Source of the DNA: a virus
Direction: 5' to 3' (one strand)
Length of the DNA stretch: 64,000 nucleotides
Virus record (IMG/VR): IMGVR_UViG_3300025529_000004
Location: 5,870 to 69,869 of that record
The notes beneath the pieces were generated by a model that saw nothing but the letters and a program-made list of their open reading frames with translations, did no database searches and was not told the origin of the DNA. A program made the position numbers and the translations under genes. The stretch's first letter is position 1. Each line of letters opens with the position of its first letter. Positions 1 to 9,961 of this stretch are shown here, piece after piece.

Positions 1-15
1 GAGGTAAATAATAAT

Positions 16-237
16 CTACTGCTTCCTTTTTTTAAAAGTTTTTCGATCAAATAACCTAACGTGCTTAGATTTAAGCAAATTTTCATTTTTTAATACCAAA
101 CTTTTTAATTTCTCGTCATTTGGTAGTATTTGTTTTCCATCATTATAGACACGCTTTACATGTAATCCCACAGTTTTATGATGTTTGCTCCAATTAGGAT
201 ATTCTATGACATAGTCTTCAAAACCAAATTTAATCAT
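16..237 (-). CDS. hypothetical phage protein
   Basis: ORF with GGAG-type RBS, co-oriented with the early genes. Confidence 0.5.
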   Translation of the reverse strand: MIKFGFEDYVIEYPNWSKHHKTVGLHVKRVYNDGKQILPNDEKLKSLVLKNENLLKSKHVRLFDRKTFKKRKQ

Positions 238-491
238 TTATTCATCTCTCCCTTTATAGTTTATATTCTTTATAACCGACCAATTACCCTTAATATTCAA
301 ATTTGCTACAATACGTTTAACTGTTTTTATTATTTAATTATTTTTACTTCATGTGGTCATCCGGTTTCTTCTTCAGCTTCAATTACTGCTTCATGTGCTT
401 CAATTGAAGAATTAAATGTTTCCATCAACTCACCAAAAAGATATAGTCCAAAAAGTTCCATGATTAATCCACCTTTCTTTTTTATTTTAAT

Positions 492-719
492 TTATTTTGA
501 AAACTTACCTAAATGTTCAAACCGCCTAACTTTTAACCCATTAATCTCCACATCTTCAAAAAACATTTTAACTGGTCTAATCCACAAATCCCCTTTTGTT
601 CCTTCATAAATGACAAATTCCTCTAAAGTTTCGGTATGCTTTCCTGTTCCAATAACATTGTAAATGCCACCTTTATAATGACGATAAATATCACCCATTA
701 TACGTTCCCCTTTCATCAC
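492..719 (-). CDS. DUF1653-family protein
   Basis: YRHYKGGIYNVIGTGKHTET...EFVIY...LWIRPVKMF...RF matches the DUF1653 pattern. Confidence 0.75.
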   Translation of the reverse strand: MMKGERIMGDIYRHYKGGIYNVIGTGKHTETLEEFVIYEGTKGDLWIRPVKMFFEDVEINGLKVRRFEHLGKFSK

Positions 720-819
720 ATATTCTTTAATTCTAAACTGGTACTTGCGACTTTAATGTTAAATCCAATTAACTCAAAAATATCAGGATTTCTATATCAT
801 ATTATTTATTTTCAATTAT

Positions 820-1227
820 TCACACTCTTTTCCATGAGAAAGATTTTATTTCTGGAAACAATATGTCAAACGAATAAATTTTTTCTCTATGTATTTTTTG
901 TTGTTTTTGATATTCTAATTTTAGTTGATTATCATACTCTTTAATTTCTTCATTCGATACAATTCCTTTTTCAAGAAGCTTATTTTTTAAATAATCATTT
1001 CTTAAAATGTAACTTTTTATTTGATTTTCATCAATAATAAATATCCCTTCAAAGTCGCCATTGAGTTGTTCAACAATAAAAATTCCATTATCTTTTGTAA
1101 CTATTGTAATTCCTTCTGCAAATTCATCAGTGTTCATATGAGTAAAAGCAATTTCTTTACCAACCAAGTCTTCTTCTTTTGTGATAAAATACATATTACA
1201 CCCTCCTCCATTTTTAAATACTTTCAT
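820..1227 (-). CDS. hypothetical phage protein
   Basis: ORF downstream of the repeated promoter element at 1250. Confidence 0.6.
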   Translation of the reverse strand: MKVFKNGGGCNMYFITKEEDLVGKEIAFTHMNTDEFAEGITIVTKDNGIFIVEQLNGDFEGIFIIDENQIKSYILRNDYLKNKLLEKGIVSNEEIKEYDNQLKLEYQKQQKIHREKIYSFDILFPEIKSFSWKRV

Positions 1228-1249
1228 CCGTTTTCATCTGTTTTAATTA

Positions 1250-1268
1250 TATTATTTTAATTTATTTT
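1250..1268 (-). promoter_or_regulatory. repeated 19-mer within sigmaA-like promoter (TTGCTA-17-TATAAT)
   Basis: Exact TATTATTTTAATTTATTTT on the + strand, forming the -35/-10 spacer on the - strand. Confidence 0.7.
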
Positions 1269-1315
1269 TAGCAATATGATTTTTAAATTTTTTCAAATAA
1301 AAGACTTCTTTTATC

Positions 1316-1684
1316 TTAGTTTTTTCGATTAAGATCTCTAGTAATCAAGTCTTGCTGATTGTTGATGTCATTACTCAGTTCTTGATCACAATCTATACAA
1401 AGAGTTCCTGTCATCCTCCAAGGAGTATTTGAATAATTTCTTCCGCAACGTTCACAAGAAAGCAAATCATTGTATAATTTCCAATCCTTTTTCCGTGATC
1501 TGTCTCTTTTATTTCCTGTAAACACTATTTCATTTATATTTTCATCAAATGAATTCAAAGATTGTTTTATACTCCAAGGATAATCACTGTTTGAATGTTT
1601 TATTAGTTTCTTTTTCAATCTTCTATTTGACAAAGTTGGTCTGCTAAAATCTCTATTTTCAGTTAAATCAACGTTACGCTTCAT
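1316..1684 (-). CDS. hypothetical protein with CxxC...CxxC zinc-binding motif
   Basis: CERC...CIDC. Confidence 0.6.
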   Translation of the reverse strand: MKRNVDLTENRDFSRPTLSNRRLKKKLIKHSNSDYPWSIKQSLNSFDENINEIVFTGNKRDRSRKKDWKLYNDLLSCERCGRNYSNTPWRMTGTLCIDCDQELSNDINNQQDLITRDLNRKN

Positions 1685-1689
1685 TTATA

Positions 1690-2421
1690 TCACTTCTTAA
1701 AGAAAGTTTTTATTTTTGTAAAAAACGTTTGTTTATTATAATTTTGCATTACAAAACGACCATTTACATTTTCAATTCTGTTTAATTGCTCTTTCAATTC
1801 TTTAATGTCTTCCGGTGTTTTGATATGTAACATAACATCTTTGTTCTTGTTTTGTTTAATTTCATTCACCATTTTATCTAATGTTAAATCACAATATTCA
1901 TCTTCCCAATCGCCAATAAAATAAAATCTGTCAATAACTGTTTGACTATCCCTATCTTGAAAAGTACCAAACAAAATTGGATCTTTATCTCTCCGTTCTT
2001 TTTGAATTTGTCGCTCTACTTTTCCAGTGTAATCAGTGAATAATACATACGCTTTATCGAATAAATCTTTTACTTTTTCATACGCTTCGACAATTTCATC
2101 TGGAATTTCACGCTCGTAATTCTCTAACTCGATAATTTTCACAGTATCTTTGGCAATGTTGTCAATATACTCTTCAATATCATCACGGTAGATAAATGTG
2201 TCAATACCCAATTTGATAATTTCTCTTTCTTTTTCAATAGTTTCAAGATGAAAAATAAGTTTTTTCATGGCTTTTGTTTGCCCTGTTATTTTATATTTGT
2301 TTAATAATACTAAACAATTATCATAAATACGCTGCAATTCTTGGTCTGTGATTTTATTCTTTTTGTTCTTCAACATTTCAAAATATTCACTTGGCGTCAA
2401 TTCTTTTTCCATTATAAACAC
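1690..2421 (-). CDS. phage hypothetical protein
   Basis: 243-aa ORF with RBS; DPILFG...RFYFIGDWEDEYCDLTLD core looks conserved. Confidence 0.65.
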   Translation of the reverse strand: MFIMEKELTPSEYFEMLKNKKNKITDQELQRIYDNCLVLLNKYKITGQTKAMKKLIFHLETIEKEREIIKLGIDTFIYRDDIEEYIDNIAKDTVKIIELENYEREIPDEIVEAYEKVKDLFDKAYVLFTDYTGKVERQIQKERRDKDPILFGTFQDRDSQTVIDRFYFIGDWEDEYCDLTLDKMVNEIKQNKNKDVMLHIKTPEDIKELKEQLNRIENVNGRFVMQNYNKQTFFTKIKTFFKK

Positions 2422-2448
2422 TCCTTGAGCACTATTTTAATTTTTACT

Positions 2449-2727
2449 TCACAAACTAACAGGAATAGGAAAACTCCGTTTCTTTTGTTCTTTACCATAA
2501 AATAAATCCCACTTGCTCTTTTCATAATCCCATTTATACCAACTCATTGGTATTTCATCTAACAATAGTGATAATTCTGCATTAATTCCATCAATTTGAA
2601 AAGAATCAACACTTGGCAATATTATAAGATCTCTTTTCCCATCACGATAAATAATAAAATAATAATCTATTTCAAATTCCCTTTTGTCTTTTATAATTTT
2701 ATTTACTTTCAATTTACTGCACTCCAT
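2449..2727 (-). CDS. hypothetical protein
   Basis: Operon-like packing. Confidence 0.5.
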   Translation of the reverse strand: MECSKLKVNKIIKDKREFEIDYYFIIYRDGKRDLIILPSVDSFQIDGINAELSLLLDEIPMSWYKWDYEKSKWDLFYGKEQKKRSFPIPVSL

Positions 2728-2888
2728 TCCCCTTTTCGCTCATCTTCGGTCATGCCACATGCTTGACATGAGCCATAATGTTCTCCAATCCATTTTACAT
2801 TTAACATATCTTGCGTATATACTTTACCAATATTAGACTTAATGCTGAATCCTTGTTTTGATTTCATCAATGCCTCTAATAATTTCAT
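2709..2888 (-). CDS. small hypothetical protein (59 aa, not in ORF track)
   Basis: Manual translation MKLLEALMKSKQGFSIKS...CQACG...EWSAVN*; fills the gap in the operon. Confidence 0.5.
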   Translation of the reverse strand: MKLLEALMKSKQGFSIKSNIGKVYTQDMLNVKWIGEHYGSCQACGMTEDERKGEWSAVN

Positions 2889-2906
2889 TAATATCTTCCT
2901 TTCTTT

Positions 2907-3095
2907 TTATTTGCGCTCATATTGTTCTAATAATTCTTCATGGGTTATTTTTAAGGGCGAAGCTAATTCTCCTTCCGGAATTTTTTTATACCAAAATCCT
3001 GTGACATACCCTTTCTTATATACTCTGTCAACATAAATATATACATTAGGATCACTCTTGCTAACCCAATAACCGTTTAATTTTTGTTTAGTCAT
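2907..3095 (-). CDS. hypothetical protein
   Basis: RBS GAGGAAGTGG, operon packing. Confidence 0.55.
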   Translation of the reverse strand: MTKQKLNGYWVSKSDPNVYIYVDRVYKKGYVTGFWYKKIPEGELASPLKITHEELLEQYERK

Positions 3096-3173
3096 TCCAC
3101 TTCCTCATGTTCTACGTAATAATCACAACAAATCCTGATGATCGGCTTTTCGCTCCAAGCCTCCCAGCCACAA

Positions 3174-3539
3174 TCAGGACATCTGGAGATAATCATTCAC
3201 ATCAACCCCAACAGCTTTTAAAGCCGCTAAACAAATGGATTTTGGTGTCAAATAGAAAATCATCCAGCCTAAATCCAATAGCTGATTTTTATCTTTAAGC
3301 TCTTTTGGAGTGACTTCTTTTTGTAATTCAGTGACGAAACGATGTCGTGCGGAAAAATTCGATCGCTTCATTTTCTCCACCACTTGCCAAGCATCTGAAA
3401 TGTTAGCTGTCGGATTCCAACCAAGTGCAACGTGTGTTCCATCCTGTAATACATACAAAATTCTATCTTGTATTTCTCGTTGAGGTATCCACCCCATCAC
3501 TTTCTCAGCAACAAGCCGATCAATCTCCCGCAGATTCAT
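3174..3539 (-). CDS. phage ABA-sandwich domain protein
   Basis: IDRLVAEKVMGW...WNPTANISDAWQVVEKM...ICLAALKAVG signature. Confidence 0.75.
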   Translation of the reverse strand: MNLREIDRLVAEKVMGWIPQREIQDRILYVLQDGTHVALGWNPTANISDAWQVVEKMKRSNFSARHRFVTELQKEVTPKELKDKNQLLDLGWMIFYLTPKSICLAALKAVGVDVNDYLQMS

Positions 3540-3805
3540 TCCGACTCCCCCAATGCTTGTTTAGCAATCGACTTGAATTCAGCATAATAACCGATTGCAC
3601 CGATAGAACCGTAATATTGATGTTCTGCAATTGTTTTCAACGCCTTCTCATACCGTTCAACCTTTTCAGCTTCCTTCACTAGCAATCCGATCAATTCACT
3701 CATTTCATCTGCAAATAAATTTGTTCTACATCCATATCCATCTTCTAAATTTGTAAATCCAGATAATTGAGACAATAACTGATCCATCCGCTCTTTATCG
3801 CTCAT
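3536..3805 (-). CDS. hypothetical phage protein
   Basis: Overlapping start/stop; KVERYEKALK motif similar to 4685-5059. Confidence 0.6.
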   Translation of the reverse strand: MSDKERMDQLLSQLSGFTNLEDGYGCRTNLFADEMSELIGLLVKEAEKVERYEKALKTIAEHQYYGSIGAIGYYAEFKSIAKQALGESE

Positions 3806-4046
3806 TCTTATCCCTCCCGAAAAAATCCAAGAAATGTCTCCTAATCTCCAAAGCTCGTTTTTCTCCGATTCCCGGGATCTCTTCTAGGCTGGCAAGCCAC
3901 TTCATAATTTTTTCAATATCCTGTTCCTTTTGTTGCTTTGATCCAGCGTAAAAACCTTTATTCCACGCTTCCATCATCTTTGGATTCAAGGGAGAAGCAT
4001 GTTTCCTCTCCCGTTTCAGTCTTGCGGCTTTACCCATTGGATTCAC
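3795..4046 (-). CDS. hypothetical phage protein
   Basis: Overlapping operon gene; IPGIGEKRA is HhH-like. Confidence 0.6.
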   Translation of the reverse strand: MNPMGKAARLKRERKHASPLNPKMMEAWNKGFYAGSKQQKEQDIEKIMKWLASLEEIPGIGEKRALEIRRHFLDFFGRDKNER

Positions 4047-4302
4047 CTACTAAATATTTTCGAGTTATATCAGCAATCATCATGGCGAAATTGGCTACAT
4101 CAGCAGATTCCTCGATAATATTTTCTACTGGTTCCCCTTCCACCCAGGAATTAACAGCCTTTAATAATTCTCCTGTTTCTTCTTGGAGTCTATAAATCAA
4201 CTCATAGATTCCACATCCATCCCATCCGCCTTTATGATCGTTTTCTTTCAGCTTCAACTCCATTTGTTCAGCAAACCATCGCACTTGCTCTCTTACTTCC
4301 AT
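4030..4302 (-). CDS. MazG-like / all-alpha NTP pyrophosphohydrolase
   Basis: RLQEETGEL...IIEESADVANFAMMIAD (EExxE...ExxD metal-binding pattern). Confidence 0.65.
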   Translation of the reverse strand: MEVREQVRWFAEQMELKLKENDHKGGWDGCGIYELIYRLQEETGELLKAVNSWVEGEPVENIIEESADVANFAMMIADITRKYLVGESNG

Positions 4303-4688
4303 TGTGGATCACCTAACAATTCCGGGTTTTCGTATATGTTGCCGATGACTGTTGCTCCTTCTTCCGCAGAACTGTCAAGACGATATGCAGGGGCGTAAAT
4401 TTCCCCTTCTTTTAACTTGAACGATCCTTGATCATATATCACGTATCCCACAAAACCGCTTGCGAAACCCCACTTTTCCCAGTCATCATCAATTTTTAGG
4501 ATGTCCCCTTCGTAAATCTTCCGACCGTTCTTGTCTTTGAGGCCTGTGTATTGCATAAAAATAGGTTCATCCGTTTCAAAATGTTCAAACCTAAAACCTA
4601 GCATGTCATCAAAAAGTTCAATTTTGCTGTAACTCATTCTTTTTGCAACATCATCCCATACACGAATATCAAACTCCCTAGTTTTCAT
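4293..4688 (-). CDS. yopX: YopX-family protein
   Basis: REFDIRVWD...MQYTGLKDKNGRKIYEGDI...VIGNIYENPELL. Confidence 0.9.
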   Translation of the reverse strand: MKTREFDIRVWDDVAKRMSYSKIELFDDMLGFRFEHFETDEPIFMQYTGLKDKNGRKIYEGDILKIDDDWEKWGFASGFVGYVIYDQGSFKLKEGEIYAPAYRLDSSAEEGATVIGNIYENPELLGDPQWK

Positions 4689-5059
4689 TCCGATCCCTCC
4701 AATGCTTGTTGAACTTGTTCGTATATAACTGTTAGCAGACTAGTCATTTCTCCAAGTGCAATTTCTTCTTGTTTGTAATCTGTTTCTATGTCGTTTTTAA
4801 TTTCTTTCAAAACCTTCTCATATCGTTTAATCTTCTCAATTAATTGTTGAAGTTGCTCTTTCATTTCTCGTTTTTCTTTCAAGTTTGTATTCAACCATTT
4901 TCGGTAAGGAACTATATCTTGTTTGTATTTTTCTTTTTCTTGATGTAATATCTTAATTTGTTTTATAAGCCAGTCAAAATGTTCACGATCAATTTTAACC
5001 AAATGTCCTTTACTCATCCAACTTGTTTCAATTTCATCTAAAATTTCTTTATCACTCAT
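4685..5059 (-). CDS. hypothetical coiled-coil phage protein
   Basis: Operon packing. Confidence 0.6.
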   Translation of the reverse strand: MSDKEILDEIETSWMSKGHLVKIDREHFDWLIKQIKILHQEKEKYKQDIVPYRKWLNTNLKEKREMKEQLQQLIEKIKRYEKVLKEIKNDIETDYKQEEIALGEMTSLLTVIYEQVQQALEGSE

Positions 5060-5072
5060 TTTAAAACGCCTC

Positions 5073-5522
5073 CTATCTTAGTTCATCCATTCCTTTATTA
5101 GCTAATTCATCAGCTTTTTCATTCAATTCAATTCCGTTATGACCTTTTACTTTTATGAATTTAATATTATTTTGTTTATCAACTAATTCTTTAAGTTTTA
5201 TCCATAATTCCTTATTTTCAACGGGCTTCTTTTTTGCTGTTTTCCACCCTTTTTTAATCCAATTATGTACCCATTTGTTCATACCATTAACTAGATAAGC
5301 GCTGTCTGCATATACCTCAACTGGAATGTTTGTTGTCTTTATCTCTTCTAACGCTTTAATTGCAGCAGTTAATTCCATGACATTATTCGTTGTATTCTTT
5401 TCTCCACCATATATTTCTTTTCTTTTATCTTTATATTTTAAAACAGCTCCCCATCCACCAATATTTTCATTAAATTGATTACCTGAACATGCACCATCAG
5501 AATAAATAATTATTTTATCCAT
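5073..5522 (-). CDS. rnhA: ribonuclease HI
   Basis: YSDGAC, TTNNVMEL, DSAY, WIKKGWK, KVKGH, NEKADELA motifs. Confidence 0.95.
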   Translation of the reverse strand: MDKIIIYSDGACSGNQFNENIGGWGAVLKYKDKRKEIYGGEKNTTNNVMELTAAIKALEEIKTTNIPVEVYADSAYLVNGMNKWVHNWIKKGWKTAKKKPVENKELWIKLKELVDKQNNIKFIKVKGHNGIELNEKADELANKGMDELR

Positions 5523-5535
5523 TAAGCTTCACCCC

Positions 5536-6447
5536 TTAATCTTCGCGTGAGTCGTCGATGATTCTCGCCATATCGAGCGAAATGTATCTCGCTGCTAACT
5601 CTACTTTTATTTCGTCAATAACCGATGGAATAAGCTTATCGGTTACACGCCTCCTATTTGAAAATAGTGAATACGGAACGTAAACTATATCACCGACCCG
5701 CACTTCCGTTGGCTGCGGCGCATTCTGGTATTCGTCAGGCACTTCGAGTCCTAACGCCTTATATAGCGCTATAACCTTTCCGAGGTGCACATTGAAGCAG
5801 TCGTCAGGCGCACATTTGGCGATTCCTTTCGAAACGACTTTACCTTTGTTGTCGTACTGTATTTCTCGCATCAAACAAACGACAGTTCTTTTTTCTTTAT
5901 TTACAATAAATTCCGCATTACACTCATATTTAACGTACTTTCCAACGTTATAAAACTGTAATAATGTCGGATGATGCGTTACCTTTAATTCGTCAATATC
6001 TCGCTTTGCCTTTTCGATGATCTCGTCGCGTCGTTGCTGCTGTTTCTTTTCGGTGAATATTCGTAACAAATCCTCGTGTGATTCTTCTAAACTCATTTTC
6101 TTCGCTTTTATTTCACGATATTCTGCAAAACTTTTTCGAACTCGTTGCTTCGTTTCTAATTCATCCACACGTTTTTTCAACGCTTCTAGTTCATCTTTCG
6201 TTTGAGATAATTCAACCTGTAATTTTTCGATGATTCCCACGTTATCAGCCTCCGTTTCGTCTACGATAACTTCATATTCTTCATGGTAAACAAATATATT
6301 ACCTTCACCGATATTATCGACAAAAACACCACCTATACGTTCTTCTTTAGCTACGCCAATACTTCCATTTCTATACCTTCTATCGCAACTATTCGCAATC
6401 AAAATCCGTTCGCCAACTTTTGCTTTCAGTTTTTCTGTTTTCGTCAA
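5536..6447 (-). CDS. Bacillus-phage hypothetical protein
   Basis: C-terminal KRTVVCL...GIAKCAPDDCFNVHLGKVIAL...PQPTEVRVGD domain typical of Bacillus phages. Confidence 0.65.
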   Translation of the reverse strand: MTKTEKLKAKVGERILIANSCDRRYRNGSIGVAKEERIGGVFVDNIGEGNIFVYHEEYEVIVDETEADNVGIIEKLQVELSQTKDELEALKKRVDELETKQRVRKSFAEYREIKAKKMSLEESHEDLLRIFTEKKQQQRRDEIIEKAKRDIDELKVTHHPTLLQFYNVGKYVKYECNAEFIVNKEKRTVVCLMREIQYDNKGKVVSKGIAKCAPDDCFNVHLGKVIALYKALGLEVPDEYQNAPQPTEVRVGDIVYVPYSLFSNRRRVTDKLIPSVIDEIKVELAARYISLDMARIIDDSRED

Positions 6448-6653
6448 ATTCCTCCATATGTACTTGCCTTACTTTCTTCTTTTTCTATCAAACTACGAAT
6501 TTCACCAGCAGCTCTTTCTTTTATTTCTAATTCATTTTCTATTCTTTCCAGAGTCTTTTTAAGTTTGTCTTTCTGATATTTCAATTCATCAATATCTTGT
6601 TCCGTCAATTTGAGCATTAAATGTAAATTCATTAACTCCTTCTCCTCCATCAT
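6444..6653 (-). CDS. hypothetical coiled-coil protein
   Basis: Overlapping operon gene. Confidence 0.55.
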   Translation of the reverse strand: MMEEKELMNLHLMLKLTEQDIDELKYQKDKLKKTLERIENELEIKERAAGEIRSLIEKEESKASTYGGI

Positions 6654-6655
6654 TA

Positions 6656-7177
6656 TTAAGTTTTTTCTTGTGTTAATTCTGCAAGCAATTCCTTAACATA
6701 ATCAATTTTTTCTTTATATTCTTCATCACCGAATTTATCTAACAAGAATTGATAAGAATTCATAGTATCTAACAACAAATCGATTGCTTTTGAGCGTTCC
6801 ATTTTCATAATTGTACGTTTTTCTGCTTCTTTTACAAGCTCTTTATTTGTATTAGACGATTTTTCTTTAGATTCACCCATCAGTTCTCCCTCCTTTATCA
6901 GATCGTAATCGAATAACAAATCTTTTATAAAATTACTAAAAGATTCGATTTCTTTTTGGTCAAAGGTAAACATTTTAATAAAATCATCGTTACTAGCATA
7001 GTTGTATTCTTTGTTTTTAACTGGTTTCAATTCATCTTCAAATGCCAATACTCTTTCGTTATTTTTTAAGCTGACAATTTCACAAACATCATAATATGTT
7101 TTAACAACTTTAAATACTTCTTTATTGTCTTTGGAAAAAATAAAATACACCATGTCTCCAATTGAAAACTTGCCCAT
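6656..7177 (-). CDS. hypothetical protein
   Basis: RBS AAAGGAG; 173 aa. Confidence 0.6.
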   Translation of the reverse strand: MGKFSIGDMVYFIFSKDNKEVFKVVKTYYDVCEIVSLKNNERVLAFEDELKPVKNKEYNYASNDDFIKMFTFDQKEIESFSNFIKDLLFDYDLIKEGELMGESKEKSSNTNKELVKEAEKRTIMKMERSKAIDLLLDTMNSYQFLLDKFGDEEYKEKIDYVKELLAELTQEKT

Positions 7178-7232
7178 ATCTCTTATTTCTCCTTTTTACA
7201 TTATGTATTAATTTATTTTTATCTTGTCATCA

Positions 7233-7421
7233 CTAATCCCAACCTTCACCAACGACTGCTTTGGTTCCTTCTAAATCTGTGTATCGTTCGTTAACATAAC
7301 GATAATCATCTAGCCACCTATGAACGACAACAGCATTAGGTTCAACTCTAAATACTGTCATTTGAATTGATGGATCTTCTAATAAATGAAGTTTTTGTCC
7401 TTCATAAAATTTTTCTACCAT
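7233..7421 (-). CDS. hypothetical protein
   Basis: RBS GGGAGG. Confidence 0.55.
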   Translation of the reverse strand: MVEKFYEGQKLHLLEDPSIQMTVFRVEPNAVVVHRWLDDYRYVNERYTDLEGTKAVVGEGWD

Positions 7422-7650
7422 TGTAATTACCTCCCTTTATCAAACCTGTTTGTTTCATTTTCTCAAAAACAAATTCATCGACCCTTCTCGTGTTTTCGCA
7501 TTTCTCGCAGCCTAGAATATAATATTCGTTAAAATCAGTACAAGTCCCATCTGATTCCACTGTTTCTTCAAAATCTACAACACACCATTCATGAAAACAT
7601 TTTGATTTCTTCTCTTTGCTTTTGTTCTTATGAATTAGCTTATAAATCAT
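7402..7650 (-). CDS. hypothetical Cys/His-containing protein
   Basis: CFHEW...CEKC; RBS GGGGAG. Confidence 0.55.
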   Translation of the reverse strand: MIYKLIHKNKSKEKKSKCFHEWCVVDFEETVESDGTCTDFNEYYILGCEKCENTRRVDEFVFEKMKQTGLIKGGNYNGRKIL

Positions 7651-7683
7651 ATTTGAATCTCCCCATTATCATTCACTCCAAAT

Positions 7684-7974
7684 CTACTTTTCTTCATTTT
7701 CATCTAATCCCAGATATTCCTTAAAATACTCTACATCTTTTTTAATCTGCTGTTTTTGCCAATCCATTATTTTTTGAGCCATATCAAAATCAATTACCCC
7801 TTCATGTGCCAATGCGGACGTAAATTCAATATAATTAACTTTTTCTAAAATTGAACGAGCATAGCTCTTAATATAGTTGATTTCTCCTCTACTTGGTGAA
7901 AGTTTTTGATCAATTTCTCTTTGTTTTTCAAACATCCTGTCTATTCCTTCAATCCATTTTTCTACATCCATCAT
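7684..7974 (-). CDS. hypothetical protein
   Basis: RBS AAGGAG; first gene after the promoter at 8019. Confidence 0.6.
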   Translation of the reverse strand: MMDVEKWIEGIDRMFEKQREIDQKLSPSRGEINYIKSYARSILEKVNYIEFTSALAHEGVIDFDMAQKIMDWQKQQIKKDVEYFKEYLGLDENEEK

Positions 7975-8018
7975 TAACTTCTCCTTTCAAAAATAATTAA
8001 TTCGTTATGTTTATTCTA

Positions 8019-8037
8019 TATTATTTTAATTTATTTT
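8019..8037 (-). promoter_or_regulatory. repeated 19-mer within promoter (TTGTAA-17-TAGAAT)
   Basis: Exact 19-mer copy. Confidence 0.7.
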
Positions 8038-8180
8038 ACAAGAATTTTTTGAAAAATTTCATATAGATAAAATTCACCTTTTATTGATTTTTTGTATTAC
8101 AAAACCCTTTATTTTCAAGGTTTTTGGACACATATAATCTCAAAATACTATATTTTACGAATTTGCTCATCACCTCCTTC

Positions 8181-9233
8181 TCATTCTCTTAGTGGATATG
8201 TCTTGCGGATGTTTTCAACTGTTAAAAATCCTTTTAAATTGTGATATGAAGTTATGTTAAAACGATCTGCTATAATTTTAATATCATCTAATGATAATTC
8301 ATTATCTTGAATCAAATGATTTGCATGATAAATCATGCCGGAACGCTGAATAAATTTTGCTGTTAGATCAATACCTAAGCTTTCGGAAATTGTTTTGATC
8401 CTTCGGTAAATAACATATTTATCAACTGGTGCATGCCAATTTTCTGTATTTGTTATTGAAGTTCTAATAACATAATCATTATTAACTAAATTTGTAAATG
8501 GTCTTATGTTATTTCTTTCAGTTTCCATTTCTCCATTTTTCTTAGTATATATTTTTTGTTTTAGAGCACCATCAATTAATTGTAAAGTTCGATTATCTAT
8601 ATTTATCCATCGTTCAGTATATTTTACTGGAAAACCATGATCGTCAGCCTTTAAAGTATTTATAAGTTTTAAACACATATTGTCCCTATCAATATCATTC
8701 TTTTTTAAATTTCTTATCTCACTAAATTGTTTCCCTCCTACACCCATAAATAGCAGTCTCATAATAACAGCATCTTGAAAATTTACGCAATTAGCTTCGT
8801 ACAACCTTAATTCCGTATCAGTAAAATATCGTTCTTCGTTTGTTAAATATTTCGAAAAATCATCAGGTTTAATGTCTGCTAATGGATTACTTTGTGATAA
8901 TCCCTTATTGACACTCCAATTGAAATAGCTTGAAATAATTCGAGCATAACTTTCAATTGTATTTCGATTATTTGCTTGAAAATCAAATAAAATCGTTTCC
9001 AATTCTTCTAAAGTAAATTTGTTTAAGTCCTTATTAGTTTTTTCTTCATAGTATGATGTTTTTTCAAGAATTCTAGCATAGCTTTTAGACGTTTCTTCTG
9101 ATATTGAACCGCTTTGTACCATGTCTTTAAGAAAACTGTTTTTTACTTCTTCATTAAATAAACAATTATTATTTTCGTTTGACAAAAGAATCACCACATT
9201 CTTATTTGATATTAATTTAATTTTATCACCCAT
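8181..9233 (-). CDS. degenerate tyrosine-recombinase-fold DNA-binding protein (YopR/MrpR-like paralog)
   Basis: SAM-like N-domain plus core with GVGGKQFSEI (catalytic Arg absent) and KFIQRSG (His of HxxR absent). Confidence 0.75.
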   Translation of the reverse strand: MGDKIKLISNKNVVILLSNENNNCLFNEEVKNSFLKDMVQSGSISEETSKSYARILEKTSYYEEKTNKDLNKFTLEELETILFDFQANNRNTIESYARIISSYFNWSVNKGLSQSNPLADIKPDDFSKYLTNEERYFTDTELRLYEANCVNFQDAVIMRLLFMGVGGKQFSEIRNLKKNDIDRDNMCLKLINTLKADDHGFPVKYTERWINIDNRTLQLIDGALKQKIYTKKNGEMETERNNIRPFTNLVNNDYVIRTSITNTENWHAPVDKYVIYRRIKTISESLGIDLTAKFIQRSGMIYHANHLIQDNELSLDDIKIIADRFNITSYHNLKGFLTVENIRKTYPLRE

Positions 9234-9341
9234 AACAAAATTTAGTCAAACAATTTAATCACTGAACTTTCCCGACAAACACGATTGTTAAGAGCAAGAT
9301 AATCAATATTGCTATCTATTTATTCATTTAATATTCTCACA

Positions 9342-9524
9342 TTACAATCTCCCTTCCCTTTCAATCACATCATTAATTAGAATCCATTTTGCACCTTCCA
9401 ATTGAAACTCTGCTTCATCAATACATCCAATTGCCTTTCTTTCATCCCCCTTTTCTAATAATTCTAGTGCTTGTTGACACTCTTGTATTGTTTGTAATAG
9501 TTTCCGCCTAGCCAACGAACACAT
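9342..9524 (-). CDS. hypothetical protein
   Basis: RBS GGGGGA; promoter element upstream. Confidence 0.55.
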   Translation of the reverse strand: MCSLARRKLLQTIQECQQALELLEKGDERKAIGCIDEAEFQLEGAKWILINDVIEREGRL

Positions 9525-9546
9525 TTACACAATCCCCCTATGATAA

Positions 9547-9565
9547 TATTATTTTAATTTATTTT
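9547..9565 (-). promoter_or_regulatory. repeated 19-mer within promoter (TTGACT-17-TAATAT)
   Basis: Exact 19-mer copy. Confidence 0.65.
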
Positions 9566-9643
9566 AAAAGTCAATAAGAAATTCTTTTTCACAAAACGAA
9601 GCCACCATACGGTTTCGCAATGGTGACTTGAAAAACTGTTATT

Positions 9644-9853
9644 CTATAATTTTCGTTCATCTTCTTCAAAATGAAGCCAATCAATTTTCGGTTCAAATCC
9701 TTCTATCGTATGTACGCTACCGTCTGCCAAAGTCATTTTCATATCTATTTTTATAATTGCGTCACCATTGAATTTGCTTCTAACTTCTTCTTCGGTAAAC
9801 TCTGTATTAAAAAATAAATCAAAATTCCCTTGTCCATGAGCAAACTGTCTCAT
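9644..9853 (-). CDS. hypothetical protein
   Basis: RBS AAGGGGG. Confidence 0.55.
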   Translation of the reverse strand: MRQFAHGQGNFDLFFNTEFTEEEVRSKFNGDAIIKIDMKMTLADGSVHTIEGFEPKIDWLHFEEDERKL

Positions 9854-9949
9854 GTCTTTTCCCCCTTCTTAATTATTAAAATCCCAAGCCAATTCTAAAT
9901 TAAATTTTCAATAATCTTATGTTTTCACACTAACATCTCCTATCAAACC

Positions 9950-9961
9950 GAACATTTGTTC
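9950..9961. promoter_or_regulatory. LexA/DinR (Cheo) box
   Basis: GAAC-ATTT-GTTC, perfect match to GAAC-N4-GTTC, just downstream of an extended -10 (TGTATAAT) on the - strand. Confidence 0.7.
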
